NCBI GenBank assembly: GCA_041567895.1
Contig: JBFGAX010000006.1
Coordinates: 2,330 to 66,329, forward strand
Length of the DNA: 64,000 nucleotides
Direction: 5' to 3'
From: Acidimicrobiia bacterium
Lineage (GTDB): Bacteria > Actinomycetota > Acidimicrobiia > Spongiisociales > SHLN01
In this document: in pieces, positions 48,845 through 58,771 of the stretch
Layout: each line of letters begins with the position of its first letter
Position numbering within the stretch: position 1 is the stretch's first letter
Translations under genes and position numbers: made by a program
The notes under the pieces: generated by a model
What the model was told of the DNA's origin: nothing
Database searches by the model: none
Seen by the model: the letters and a program-made list of their open reading frames with translations, nothing else

Positions 48845-49839
48845 TCGTCTCGAAAGGCGTGCCGTTTGGCGATCTTCGACAGCACCTCATCTGCCTTTTG
48901 TAAGTGGCCTGAAATCGCAAGCCCCCGGCTCATGGCGGCATCCACATCTGAGCTTTTGATGCGCTTGACAGCCTCGCGTGCGGTTGCGGCCGCACGCTCT
49001 AGTTCTTCTGCCACCTTTTTGAACGCAGCCTCCGATTTGGCCAACGATCTCGGTACTTTTGGCGTCTCGATGACTTCGGGCGTGAGCTGGTCTGCCGGGA
49101 TCTCGGTGAGAACTTTCTTGGCTTCTTCAACGGTGAAACGGCCGCTCGTCACCTCGCGTCCGACGATGATGCCGTCGAGTCCACGTCCTCTGGCCTGCAG
49201 ACGAACCATATCGCGCAGATCATCGAGGTTGCGAACACCTCCGCCCGCAATCACAGGAACGTCGACCGCTTCGAGGGCTTCGAGATGGAGTCGTAAATCC
49301 GGACCGTCCTCGAGCGCATCGCGCCCGGCTTCGGCAAGCACGATCGCAGCAGCTCCGGCAGACGACATCTCGATGAGCACTTCTTCGAGATATCGTCCCG
49401 AGTTCATCGTCCAACCCCGGGTAGCGATTTCTCCATCGGGCCTCACGTCGATCGATACCACAATCTTTCCAGGATGATCTCTACAAAGGTCCCAGACCAT
49501 GTTCTGATCTTCAATGGCGGCAGTTCCCATCACGATTCGCCATGCACCGGCATCGATGTTGCGTTGCGCCTCGAGAGGGGAGCGGATGCCGCCCGCTACC
49601 TGGACCGGCACGTCGAGGGCATTGATGATTTCGTCGATCAAGGGACGGTTGCCGTATTCCCGAAACGCCGCCGCATCCAGATCGACGAGGTGTATGCGAT
49701 CGGCGCCCGCCTCAACCCAGGATTCAGCCCTGGCCAGAGGGTCTGAGTCCAACACGATGGCATCGGCTACGTTGCCATGGGGGAGTCGGACGGAGCGCCC
49801 GTCCATGATGTTGACGCGTGCGTAGAGATCCATGGACAC
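48832..49839 (-). CDS. HisA/HisF-family TIM-barrel protein with about 90-aa helical C-terminal extension
   Basis: LYARVNIMDGRSVRLPHGN...VQVAGGIRS...VIAGGGVRNLDDL matches HisA/HisF. The extra C-terminal coiled/helical tail is not present in canonical HisA. Confidence 0.6.
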   Translation of the reverse strand: MSMDLYARVNIMDGRSVRLPHGNVADAIVLDSDPLARAESWVEAGADRIHLVDLDAAAFREYGNRPLIDEIINALDVPVQVAGGIRSPLEAQRNIDAGAWRIVMGTAAIEDQNMVWDLCRDHPGKIVVSIDVRPDGEIATRGWTMNSGRYLEEVLIEMSSAGAAAIVLAEAGRDALEDGPDLRLHLEALEAVDVPVIAGGGVRNLDDLRDMVRLQARGRGLDGIIVGREVTSGRFTVEEAKKVLTEIPADQLTPEVIETPKVPRSLAKSEAAFKKVAEELERAAATAREAVKRIKSSDVDAAMSRGLAISGHLQKADEVLSKIAKRHAFRDDQDD

Positions 49840-49908
49840 ACACTATTGCATCGCGTCGGCTGACGTCGGACAGGTTCTATATTCGCAAAAAACGCGTAGA
49901 GTTTTGTC

Positions 49909-50181
49909 ATGGAAGATGACCCGGTTCCGCAAGGTGGCTCGCCGGCGCCGCCCGATGGCGACATTTCGGTGCAGCCCGAATCGGACATCCTTCGCAAGGT
50001 GGTGGTTGGCACCGCCGGGGTGGCTGTCACCGCCGCCGGAGTCGTGATGCTCGTGACCCCGGGACCTGGTGTTCTGGTGACGCTGGGGGGTCTCAGCATT
50101 CTCAGTTCCGAGTTTCCTGCCGCAAAAAGGGCTCTCAGCGGTCTCCGCAAGCGGATGGTTCGGGGAGGGGAACAGCACTAG
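49909..50181 (+). CDS. PGPGW domain-containing small membrane protein
   Basis: GTAGVAVTAAGVVMLVTPGPGVLVTLGGLSILSSEF contains the PGPG(W/V) motif. The protein is 90 aa. Confidence 0.6.
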   Translation: MEDDPVPQGGSPAPPDGDISVQPESDILRKVVVGTAGVAVTAAGVVMLVTPGPGVLVTLGGLSILSSEFPAAKRALSGLRKRMVRGGEQH

Positions 50182-50217
50182 CGGCGTCAATCGGTCCGAA
50201 AGTCCGGTGTTTCGAGC

Positions 50218-50898
50218 GTGCTCGCTCGGTCGCTAATGTCTGCGCTTCAGGCACGTGACCGGATGGGATGGAGGACGACGGTGGACAGCGAGAACCGCAA
50301 TACATGGGTCATTGTGTCGCTCGTCATCATCTGGGTGGTGGTTCTCATAACCAGCTTGCAGGCCCCTGCACTCAGATTTGGCGACGATCCGGTCGTCATC
50401 AGAGCAGCTGCCCTCGTCAACTGGTTCTGGGGCCTGGCGGGATCGGTTTATGTGCTGAGGGCGACGATCTTCCGCAGACCCACCGAGCCGGGATGGGGGG
50501 ACGACACCGCATGGCGTTGGATCGCGCTCGCGGTCGGAATCATCTGGGTCAGCGTTCTCATTGTCAGCCTCACATTCCCCGATGTGGTCATTGACAGCGG
50601 ATTTGTTGAGATTCCCTTCGGGTCGATCGCAGCACCTGTCATCGGTGTCGCGCTCACGTCGTATGTGGTCGATTTCCTGGTGACCGGCTTTGCCGCCCGC
50701 AATGCTGGTTTGCTGGCCGATGCAGCTCTCGAGCCCCATATGAGGGGGCCGATTGCGGAAGAGGCGTATGAGGAGCAGATCTACAGCGATCAGGCTTATG
50801 AGAATCAATTCTCCGACGGTGCGACATTTGACGATGACCCGACCCGGGAAGTAGAGGTTTCGTACCTGGAATCCAATCCCGAGTCGGGTTCTGAATAG
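50218..50898 (+). CDS. Hypothetical membrane protein with internally duplicated TM module and acidic C-terminal tail
   Basis: WVIVSLVIIWVVVLITSLQAP and WIALAVGIIWVSVLIVSLTFP are duplicated TM segments. The acidic tail is EEAYEEQIYSDQAYENQFSDG. Confidence 0.5.
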   Translation: MLARSLMSALQARDRMGWRTTVDSENRNTWVIVSLVIIWVVVLITSLQAPALRFGDDPVVIRAAALVNWFWGLAGSVYVLRATIFRRPTEPGWGDDTAWRWIALAVGIIWVSVLIVSLTFPDVVIDSGFVEIPFGSIAAPVIGVALTSYVVDFLVTGFAARNAGLLADAALEPHMRGPIAEEAYEEQIYSDQAYENQFSDGATFDDDPTREVEVSYLESNPESGSE

Positions 50899-51038
50899 TC
50901 GTAGTCGCTCACGCGTTCATAACGCAACATTCGCCAGGTCGGTCGGCGACCTCGCTGAAACGTCACAGTGACGTATCTAGCGCCAGGCTGCAGGTCAGCC
51001 GATGAGAGCCCAGTTGGCAGGTTTGGAGGACCGGCCGC

Positions 51039-51368
51039 CTAATCCTTCATGCGCCAGAGTTCGAGACGCTCCTGGATGCCGGGCGGAGGATCGCTGAGTT
51101 CGATGACCTTCGTTCGATGTCGGTGACCCGAGATGATCGACAGCTGGTGCTTCTTGACGTTGAGCACGGTCGCCAGGACTTCGAGCGCAGCCCGATTCGC
51201 CTCGCCATCGACCGGTTGTTGGACAACCGCCACATTGAGAGCACGCTGATCTCCCCAGGTGCCACCGACGCTGGTGCCGCTCGACCCCGGTTTCAACCTT
51301 ATTTCGAAGCGGATCGGTTCAAACACGACTCTGAGGATACGAGCCCGTGCCGCCTCAATAATGCTCAA
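51039..51368 (-). CDS. DUF167 (YggU/UPF0235) family protein
   Basis: LRVVFEPIRFEIRLKPGSS...GGTWGDQRALNVAVVQQPVDGEANRAALEVLATVLNVKKHQLSIISG is the DUF167 pattern. The protein is 109 aa. Confidence 0.65.
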   Translation of the reverse strand: MSIIEAARARILRVVFEPIRFEIRLKPGSSGTSVGGTWGDQRALNVAVVQQPVDGEANRAALEVLATVLNVKKHQLSIISGHRHRTKVIELSDPPPGIQERLELWRMKD

Positions 51369-51386
51369 ACGCCCATAATCACCGTT

Positions 51387-52088
51387 ATGTCAAGTTCCCC
51401 TGATCGGCCAGATCCCCAACGTGACGTCGGCGCCGCTTCCCGCCTGCCCGTTAACGTGGTCATGATGCGTGATCACGCGGAAGTGGCAGCGATCGGTTCC
51501 ATTTGGGGAGTGTTTTGTGCACTGGCCAATGGCTGGCCGATCGTCACGACGCTTGCTCAGATGGCGGTGCCGTGGATGTGGGTGGCAGCTTTTGTCGGCT
51601 TCCGATTCGCGAAAGATGGCCGTCGTGCCGCCGTCCTGGGCGGCCTCGTGCTCTTGTGGGCAAATGTCGCGTATTACGGGTTCAGTTCCATCGGCCAGCT
51701 TGTCAACAGTGGAGCGCCCTTCGGCGGAGTTCGATTCTTGATCCTCTGGTCGACCGTTGGGCTGATCGCGGGCCCGGTCGCCGCACTTCTCGGCTGGATT
51801 GCCAATCTCGAACCCCCGCGTATGCTCGGCATGGCGGCCCTGGCCACAGCGTCGATAGCAGAGCCGCTGGCACTGTGGGAGCACATCGACCACGCCGATG
51901 CTCACATCGCTTTCGTGATCGTTGCACTGATCGGCCTGACGCTCCCCTTCCTTCCGGTCCGCGCAGGGCTCAGGACATCGCTGACCGGGGTGTCGTTGGC
52001 CATTGTTCTCGCCTACCCGCTCGCTGTTGTACTTGAAGTCGTGCTCATTGCACTCGGCCAGATTTCGGCTCCTCTCAGGCTCGTCTAG
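51387..52088 (+). CDS. Hypothetical integral membrane protein
   Basis: An internal ATG (MSSSPDRP...) avoids overlap with the DUF167 gene. There are about 6 TM helices. Confidence 0.5.
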   Translation: MSSSPDRPDPQRDVGAASRLPVNVVMMRDHAEVAAIGSIWGVFCALANGWPIVTTLAQMAVPWMWVAAFVGFRFAKDGRRAAVLGGLVLLWANVAYYGFSSIGQLVNSGAPFGGVRFLILWSTVGLIAGPVAALLGWIANLEPPRMLGMAALATASIAEPLALWEHIDHADAHIAFVIVALIGLTLPFLPVRAGLRTSLTGVSLAIVLAYPLAVVLEVVLIALGQISAPLRLV

Positions 52089-52161
52089 TGTCCCCGCCCG
52101 TCAGATCGTCCTGAATGGGGGGTTGACTTGCCGAATCGTGTCGTCACTCCCTTCGCCATAT

Positions 52162-52598
52162 TCAGGTCGCACTCCAGCGGGTTAACGACGCGATCGGTCT
52201 CCGAGACGCTTGAGCTGCTCTCGCGAGATGCTGGATTGTCCTGCGAGACCCGACGCGCTCACGGCGAGGTGATCCGGGTAGGTTCGCCAGCTGCTCCATA
52301 TTGACGCGGATCATGCCATCGCCCGCAGGTGGAAGAGGCATTCCGGCGACACGGGAGTCGATGACGAAATGTTCGGGTTCGACACCCAGCCAACCGATCA
52401 GCGCCAGTACCCCATCGGCCTCAGCGTCAGAAGCGTGGGCCAACCGTCGAATTGTTGAAGTCGCCACGCCGACTTGTGACGAGATCGTTTCCACGTGAGG
52501 CCCTTGACTGCGCGTGCTGCCTCTATTTGGCGACTGAGCTCTTGTAGGTCGAACTGTCCCTGCACGCTCGTAGCGTAGAACGAGCTGATCGCAGGCAA
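52162..52598 (-). pseudogene. XRE-family HTH regulator disrupted by an apparent 1-nt frameshift near 52494
   Basis: Frame B encodes ...DLQELSRQIEAARAVKGLT (HTH helices 1-2). Frame A continues ETISSQVGVATSTIRRLAHAS...VLALIGWLGVEPEHF (helix 3 and beyond). The two halves join exactly after GLT. Confidence 0.4.
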
Positions 52599-52610
52599 CG
52601 ACTCGACGAT

Positions 52611-53027
52611 CTACGAACGGGATGTGGCCTCGTTGAGGGCAATGGCCTGTTGGATGAGGGATTTGAAAGCTTCTCCGTCGAGATCCTCATCCTCGTGAAC
52701 GTCGATTGCACGTCGGACCTTGCCTTCCAGGCTGGAATTGAACAGTCCTTTGGGATCGGTCAGAGAAGCGCCCTTGGCGAAGGTGAGTTTCACTTTGTCT
52801 TTGTAGGTCTCACCCGTGCAGATGATCCCGTCGTGGGACCAGACCGGTACCCCGAGCGGATTTGCTGCTTTTCTCCATTTCACCTCTTCGACCACGTCGG
52901 GGTCCGCCTCGTGAATGAGCGCTCGGAGCCGCGACAGCATCTCGCCTCGCCAGTCCCCCAGCTCGTTGATTCTGGTGTCGATGAGGTCTGAGGCGGACCG
53001 GGATTCGAAATCGTCGCTCGTGTTCAT
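52611..53027 (-). CDS. DUF1801 domain-containing protein (YdhG-like)
   Basis: IDTRINELGDWRGEMLSRLRALIHEADPDVVEEVKW...LTFAKGASL matches DUF1801. The protein is 138 aa. Confidence 0.65.
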   Translation of the reverse strand: MNTSDDFESRSASDLIDTRINELGDWRGEMLSRLRALIHEADPDVVEEVKWRKAANPLGVPVWSHDGIICTGETYKDKVKLTFAKGASLTDPKGLFNSSLEGKVRRAIDVHEDEDLDGEAFKSLIQQAIALNEATSRS

Positions 53028-53283
53028 ACCCCTCTCTATCGGGTCGCCCCGTCGTACTCGCTCGTGTTCGTAATCGTAACGGTCTGACCGTTCGGTCCTT
53101 CCGTTGGGCAGTGCAGCTCCTCACCGAACCTTCAAGGCAGAACCGCACAATCCGTGTCGACATCTCTCGATGTTCGATCACTGTCCGCTCTTGCATCCAT
53201 GGCACGAGGCAGATTGTCGTCGGTTCTCGTAGCTCTAGGCTTGCCACCTGCCACCCCGGGGATCCCATGAATGACGTGACCTT

Positions 53284-54945
53284 TTGAACGCGGCCCAGGC
53301 TTTCGTTCGTCGTCTCAGCGATCACGGGGTTGACACTGTCTTCGGTCTTCCGGGAGAGGAAAATCTTGCCTTTGTTGAGGCCCTGGCCGACAGTCCCATC
53401 GAGTTGGTCGTCACCAGGCACGAGCAGCACGCAGCGTTCATGGCAGCCGCCCACGGACGTCTGACCCATCGGCCAGGCGTGTGCCTTGCGACCCTCGGTC
53501 CCGGTGCCCTCAATCTGTTCACCGGTCTGGCACACGCCGAATTGGGAGGGATGCCGGTCGTCGCAATAACCGGCCAGAAGCCGATTCGGGACAACGACGA
53601 GGGATCGTTTCAGGTCGTCGATATTCCAGCGGCCGCTCGACCACTCACCCGGTGGTCAGTTTCGGTCACCGATCCTCGCACCATTGTGGCGACGGTCGAC
53701 GAGGCATTTAGTCGAGCCATGAGCGATCGTCCTGGCGCCGTGTTGATTGAACTTCCCGAAGATGTCGCCGGCCAAACTCTGGAATCGGCCTACTGGCCCC
53801 GGACCGGTGGGATTCCGACATCTGAACCTGCGCCGGCGGCTCTCTCTGCTGCAGCTGATCTGATCAATCGAGCAACTCGCCCCGTGATCCTCGCGAGCGC
53901 GGGCGCCACGAGCGCTGACGTCTCCACGGCAATCACTACGTTTGCCGAATCGACGGGTATCGGAGTTCTTGCGACGCAACTCGGCAAGGGAGTCATCCCC
54001 GAATCGCACCCCTTGTCAAATCGATCGTTGGGTATCCACCGACCGGACTATTCGCACCTGGCGATCGAACCGGCTGATCTTGTGTTAGCCGTCGGCTATC
54101 AGCCGGTGGAACATCCACCGCTGGCATGGAACACCGAAGCCGACAAGACGATCATCCACCTCGCGCCGTGGCGGGCTGCCAAAGAGCGCGGGTACCAACC
54201 CTCCCTCGAGCTCCTGGGTGATGTGGCGGGAATACTCGGCAATCTTGGTCACCGAGTTTCGCCGCGGGATCCAGCGACCGCATCGGGCATTGGGGCCGTG
54301 ATTTCGCAGCTTCTCAGCAGCGAGGAGAGCCGTGAAGATTTCCCTCCCTCGCCTCTCGCAATCGTGAGGGCGGTTCAAAGCGCCGTGAGCGAACGAGACG
54401 TCGTGGCACTCGATAACGGCGCATACAAGATCTGGTTCGCCCGTCATTTTCGGGCTGAGTTTCCCAACAGCCTGCTCCTCGACAATGCACTCGCAACAAT
54501 GGGAGCCGGGCTCGCGACGGGCATGGCTGCAGCACGGCTTGCCCATGATGAGCGGGTACTCGTGGTTGCCGGCGATGGAGGATTTCTGATGAACGTTCAG
54601 GATCTCGAAACCGCCTGTCGTCTCGACCTCAATCTGACGGTCCTGGTTGTGCGGGACGACGCGTACGGGTTCATAGGCTGGCACCAGGAGGAGCAAGGTA
54701 GGGATCGAGACGGAGTTGCCCTCGACAATCCTGGTTTGGCGCGGCTCGCCGAGGCCTTCGGGGCGTCTGCACGTACCGTCACGAAGATGGATAGTCTGGC
54801 CGATGTGCTCGAACACGCCATGGATACGAAGGGTGTTTCGTTGATCGACTGTCCGATCGACTACACCATGAATGGTGTGCTCGGTACCGATCTCTACGCT
54901 CACGCCCGGGAGGCCTGGCACGACCATGAACATCACGACCGTTAA
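53284..54945 (+). CDS. Thiamine pyrophosphate-dependent enzyme, acetolactate synthase-like (TPP_N / central / TPP_C domains)
   Basis: VDTVFGLPGEENLAFVEAL...CLATLGPGALNLFTGLAHAELGGMPVVAITGQ, and the C-terminal TPP-binding motif GDGGFLMNVQDLETA. Confidence 0.8.
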   Translation: MNAAQAFVRRLSDHGVDTVFGLPGEENLAFVEALADSPIELVVTRHEQHAAFMAAAHGRLTHRPGVCLATLGPGALNLFTGLAHAELGGMPVVAITGQKPIRDNDEGSFQVVDIPAAARPLTRWSVSVTDPRTIVATVDEAFSRAMSDRPGAVLIELPEDVAGQTLESAYWPRTGGIPTSEPAPAALSAAADLINRATRPVILASAGATSADVSTAITTFAESTGIGVLATQLGKGVIPESHPLSNRSLGIHRPDYSHLAIEPADLVLAVGYQPVEHPPLAWNTEADKTIIHLAPWRAAKERGYQPSLELLGDVAGILGNLGHRVSPRDPATASGIGAVISQLLSSEESREDFPPSPLAIVRAVQSAVSERDVVALDNGAYKIWFARHFRAEFPNSLLLDNALATMGAGLATGMAAARLAHDERVLVVAGDGGFLMNVQDLETACRLDLNLTVLVVRDDAYGFIGWHQEEQGRDRDGVALDNPGLARLAEAFGASARTVTKMDSLADVLEHAMDTKGVSLIDCPIDYTMNGVLGTDLYAHAREAWHDHEHHDR

Positions 54946-56293
54946 CCCGGCCACCGACGAAGACCTCGAGACCTATGAGGTTCATGACGCCGGTCGCGTG
55001 GCCGCCGCCATCGAAATGTCCGACGCTCAGCATCGTATGTGGAAGAAGGAACCGTTCCCGGTCAGGTCCGCGGCGCTGCACGCATCGGCCGACATGCTCG
55101 AGGACCGGGCAGATGCCCTCGCCGAGCTCATGGCGAACGAGATGGGGAAACCGGTTCGGGCAGGCCGGGCTGAAGTTCAGAAATGCGCATGGGCGTGCCG
55201 GCACTACGCCGATCACGCGGAGGAGTATCTCGCGGACGTTTCCATCGAAACGGAGAACACGAAGAGCTACGCACACCACTCCCCTCTTGGGGTCATCCTG
55301 GCAGTCATGCCCTGGAACTTTCCCCTCTGGCAGGTGGTTCGGTTTGCCGCTCCGGCGATCATGGCCGGCAACGGTGCCCTTCTCAAGCACGCTACGAGCG
55401 TCACCGGCAGCGCCCTGGCTTTGGATGAAATCTTCAACCACGATCTGCTGCCCGAGGGTCTCTTCAGGACCCTGGTTGTCCCGTCGAGCCGGGTTGCCGG
55501 CATCCTCGAACATCCGCTGGTTCGAGCCGTCACCTTGACCGGCAGCGGACCTGCCGGCTCGGCGGTTGCTTCGAAAGCCGGAGAGTTACTGAAAAAGAGC
55601 GTCCTCGAGCTTGGAGGGAGTGACCCCTACATCATTCTCGAGGATGCCGATCTCGAACTGGCGGCGGCCACATGCGCCAACAGCCGCATGATCAACGGCG
55701 GGCAGAGCTGCATTTCCGCCAAACGGTTCATCGTGCACGATGCCGTCCACGACGCGTTCCTGGACCTCTTGACCGAGAATATGACGAACAAGGTCATGGG
55801 CGACCCCCACGACGAGACCACAGACTTCGGCCCCCAGGCTCGCAGCGACTTGCGAGACGAGCTGCACGACCAGGTTGTGCGCAGTGTGGCAGCGGGGGCT
55901 CGCCTGGTCGCCGGCGGCGAGATACCAGATCAAAAAGGCGCCTGGTATCCGGCCACGATCCTGGCCGATGTCGCTCCCGGCACACCTGCATATGTCGAGG
56001 AGACGTTTGGTCCGGTCGCAGCGGTCATTCGGGCGGCAGGCGAAGAAGAAGCAATCAGAATCGCCAACGACACCGACTTCGGTCTCGGAGCCGCCGTCTT
56101 CACCGAAGACGTCGAACGAGGTGAGCGCATCGCCGCCGAGGAACTGGAGGCCGGAAACTGCTTCGTCAACGCCCTCGTGGCCTCCGATCCTCGACTTCCG
56201 TTCGGCGGCATCAAGCAAAGTGGATTCGGTCGTGAGCTCTCCGACTTGGGAATAAAGGAATTCGTGAACATCAAGACAGTGGTCGTGGCCTGA
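54926..56293 (+). CDS. NAD(P)-dependent aldehyde dehydrogenase (succinate-semialdehyde dehydrogenase-like)
   Basis: The ATG at 54926 starts MNITTVNPATDEDLETY. The catalytic Cys is in GQSCISAKR and the Glu is in LELGGSDP. The gene overlaps the TPP enzyme by 20 nt, suggesting coupling. Confidence 0.85.
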   Translation: MNITTVNPATDEDLETYEVHDAGRVAAAIEMSDAQHRMWKKEPFPVRSAALHASADMLEDRADALAELMANEMGKPVRAGRAEVQKCAWACRHYADHAEEYLADVSIETENTKSYAHHSPLGVILAVMPWNFPLWQVVRFAAPAIMAGNGALLKHATSVTGSALALDEIFNHDLLPEGLFRTLVVPSSRVAGILEHPLVRAVTLTGSGPAGSAVASKAGELLKKSVLELGGSDPYIILEDADLELAAATCANSRMINGGQSCISAKRFIVHDAVHDAFLDLLTENMTNKVMGDPHDETTDFGPQARSDLRDELHDQVVRSVAAGARLVAGGEIPDQKGAWYPATILADVAPGTPAYVEETFGPVAAVIRAAGEEEAIRIANDTDFGLGAAVFTEDVERGERIAAEELEAGNCFVNALVASDPRLPFGGIKQSGFGRELSDLGIKEFVNIKTVVVA

Positions 56294-56724
56294 TGGCGCG
56301 GTATACAGCAACGATCAGAACTCCCTGGTCAGCCGAAAAAGCGTTCGACTACATGGCCGACCTTCGCAATTTCGAACAATGGGATCCGGGAGTCAGCTCG
56401 TCGAAGCTCGTTGAGGGCTCCGCGCCGGGCTCCGATGCGGCCTACGACGTCAAGGTGACCGGCACCGAATTGCGCTACGAAACCAGAGAATTTGACCCTC
56501 CGCGGAGGACCGTCGTCGAGGCGAAGACGGCTCTACTGCGCAGCTACGACGTCATCGAGGTAACCACCGCGGCGAGCGGCACGGAGGTGCTGTACGACGC
56601 GACGCTCGAGCTCAATGGACCCCTGAAAATCGTCGACCCCATTCTGGGATTGTTCTTCAGGCGGATCGGCGACAAAGCAGCCGCCGGTATGCAGAAGGCC
56701 CTCGACGGCGAACGAATCGAATGA
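56293..56724 (+). CDS. SRPBCC (START/Bet v1/polyketide-cyclase-like) family protein
   Basis: TATIRTPWSAEKAFDYMADLRNFEQWDPGV... follows the SRPBCC pattern. The protein is 143 aa. Confidence 0.65.
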   Translation: MARYTATIRTPWSAEKAFDYMADLRNFEQWDPGVSSSKLVEGSAPGSDAAYDVKVTGTELRYETREFDPPRRTVVEAKTALLRSYDVIEVTTAASGTEVLYDATLELNGPLKIVDPILGLFFRRIGDKAAAGMQKALDGERIE

Positions 56725-57683
56725 CACCCTTGTTCTCGGATTTCCTGGACAGCGCGCTCGAAGGGACTGTCGTCGCCAGCTTCAGCAAACTCGGTTACGA
56801 GGCACGCCAGAACCTGTACGACTGGGAACCGGTCGACACCGATCTGAGCGGCCAGTCTGCTCTTGTCACCGGATCAACAAGCGGTCTCGGCAAAGCCATC
56901 GCCGAAGGTTTGCTCACTCTCGGCGCCCAGGTCCATGTCACATCCAGAAGTGAGGAGCGTGCCGGCGAAATAGTCGACGCTTTGAACCAACGAGGTTATG
57001 CAGGTCGCGCCGTGGCGCATTCACTCGACACCGGAGATTTCAAGTCGATCGTCGAGCTGGTTTCCGAGATGGCTGCACTTCCCGACGGTCTGGACATGCT
57101 CGTCAACAACGCCGGCGCGCTATCGCCGGAGTATCACACAGATGCTCGCGGGATCGAGCTGACCCTTTCAACCCACTTGATCGGACCATATCTTCTCACG
57201 ACCCGCCTCCAACCCCATCTCGCAGAGGGAGCTCGCGTGATTTTCATGTCCTCGGGAGGGATGTATACGCAGGGACTCGATGTCGATCACATCGAGATGA
57301 CAGAAGAGAATTACCGGGGTGCGGTTGCCTATGCACGTGCCAAGCGCGGTCAGGTAGAGATGGTCACGCATCTGGCTCCGAAGTGGGCGCCGTCGGTGAT
57401 GATGCATTCTGTGCATCCAGGTTGGGTTGATACCGCCGGCGTGGATGCTGGCATCCCTGGATTTGGAAAGCTCATGGGGCCCATCCTCAGGACCCCTGAG
57501 CAGGGTGCCGACACGACCATTTGGCTCGCATCGACCGGTGGTGGACAGGCTGAACCCGGTCAATTCTGGTTGGACCGGGAGCCACGTCGAACGGTGTACT
57601 GGCCTGGAACAGGTACCAACGAGTCGGAACGGCGTCGCTTGATCGAATGGCTAGATCGAATGATCGAACCGGCGCCCTCCTGA
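56721..57683 (+). CDS. SDR family oxidoreductase
   Basis: ALVTGSTSGLGKAIAEGL (TGxxxGxG). NNAG and catalytic YxxxK are present (AYARAKRG). Confidence 0.8.
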   Translation: MTPLFSDFLDSALEGTVVASFSKLGYEARQNLYDWEPVDTDLSGQSALVTGSTSGLGKAIAEGLLTLGAQVHVTSRSEERAGEIVDALNQRGYAGRAVAHSLDTGDFKSIVELVSEMAALPDGLDMLVNNAGALSPEYHTDARGIELTLSTHLIGPYLLTTRLQPHLAEGARVIFMSSGGMYTQGLDVDHIEMTEENYRGAVAYARAKRGQVEMVTHLAPKWAPSVMMHSVHPGWVDTAGVDAGIPGFGKLMGPILRTPEQGADTTIWLASTGGGQAEPGQFWLDREPRRTVYWPGTGTNESERRRLIEWLDRMIEPAPS

Positions 57684-57701
57684 GCGACCGTTAGATAGCG
57701 G

Positions 57702-58190
57702 TCAGTCCGGTGGGAAGTGGAGGCGCAGTTCGGCCTCACCCGTAGCGTCGTTCAGGTGCTCATCGACGAGTTCGAACCCGTACTTCTCATAGAATCTTCG
57801 TCCTGCCGTATTCGCTTCAAAGACGTTGAGCTCGAGGAATGGCCGGGTGTCGCGGGCGGCATCCATGAGAGCGCGACCGATGCCGCGACCCTGGTAGTCG
57901 GGGTCCACAAAAAGGGCTCCTACTTCGTTGCCGACGAGCGACAGAAATCCGACGACCCGACCGTCGCTCTCGAAGACGGTCGTTTCGGCTAACGGGATCC
58001 AATCGTCGGCGATGGCTCGCTGTTCGGCCTCGAAGAAGTCGTCGGAAAGAAACGAGTGTGCTTCACGCGAAGCCCGATACCAGACGTCGAGCAGCCCCTT
58101 CAGGTCGTCGTCGCTATACGGGCGCAGCATCACGCACCTGACGATACGCCGGTCGGCAGCTCCATGCCGGCTCTCCTCGAAACCACGCAT
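57702..58190 (-). CDS. GNAT family N-acetyltransferase
   Basis: VGFLSLVGNEVGALFVDPDYQGRGIGRALM is the acetyl-CoA binding motif A (Q/RxxGxG/A). Confidence 0.75.
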   Translation of the reverse strand: MRGFEESRHGAADRRIVRCVMLRPYSDDDLKGLLDVWYRASREAHSFLSDDFFEAEQRAIADDWIPLAETTVFESDGRVVGFLSLVGNEVGALFVDPDYQGRGIGRALMDAARDTRPFLELNVFEANTAGRRFYEKYGFELVDEHLNDATGEAELRLHFPPD

Positions 58191-58196
58191 GTCGCC

Positions 58197-58502
58197 TCAT
58201 TGTTTCGGAGGCAACGTTTCGGCGAACCCGGCACCCATTTCCACCCATTTCCGCAGATTGCCTTCCGTCGAGAGTTCAGCATCGGCGATGCGGATACATC
58301 CTCGCATCTTGCGACCACGCATTTCAGCGAATCGTGCCGACCGACTGGCAACAGAAGCTTCGGCGACATAAGGATGCGTTCGAATCATGAGCCCTCCTTT
58401 TCCGCTGACGACCACAGCCATGTGGCCTTCGAGGACAAACGCCAGACCACCGTACATCGAGCGCTCGTCCACCGACTCATCTCTATGCATCAGCTGTCGC
58501 AC
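58197..58502 (-). CDS. TfoX/Sxy N-terminal domain family protein
   Basis: MYGGLAFVLEGHMAVVVSGKGGLMIR...MRGRKMRGCIRIADAEL resembles the TfoX_N fold. Confidence 0.5.
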   Translation of the reverse strand: MRQLMHRDESVDERSMYGGLAFVLEGHMAVVVSGKGGLMIRTHPYVAEASVASRSARFAEMRGRKMRGCIRIADAELSTEGNLRKWVEMGAGFAETLPPKQ

Positions 58503-58771
58503 TCGATTGCCAGATCTTCATCGTATCCCATCGCGATGGCCTCCCTCGGATCCAGGATCCGTTGTCTGGTACGTACCATAATTCGGCTGTTGACCCTGCC
58601 CCCATGCAAATCCCACTCGTCACGCAGATCGTGTCGGCATACGACCCGGCGATTGAGTTCTTCTGTGACGTCCTTGGATTTGTGTTGGGTCGAAGACTCG
58701 CCTTCCACTCTCCACCGGTCTCGAGCGTGAGTTGGGTCGAATTCAATGAACGGGGATGCGCTCGCGTGGAT

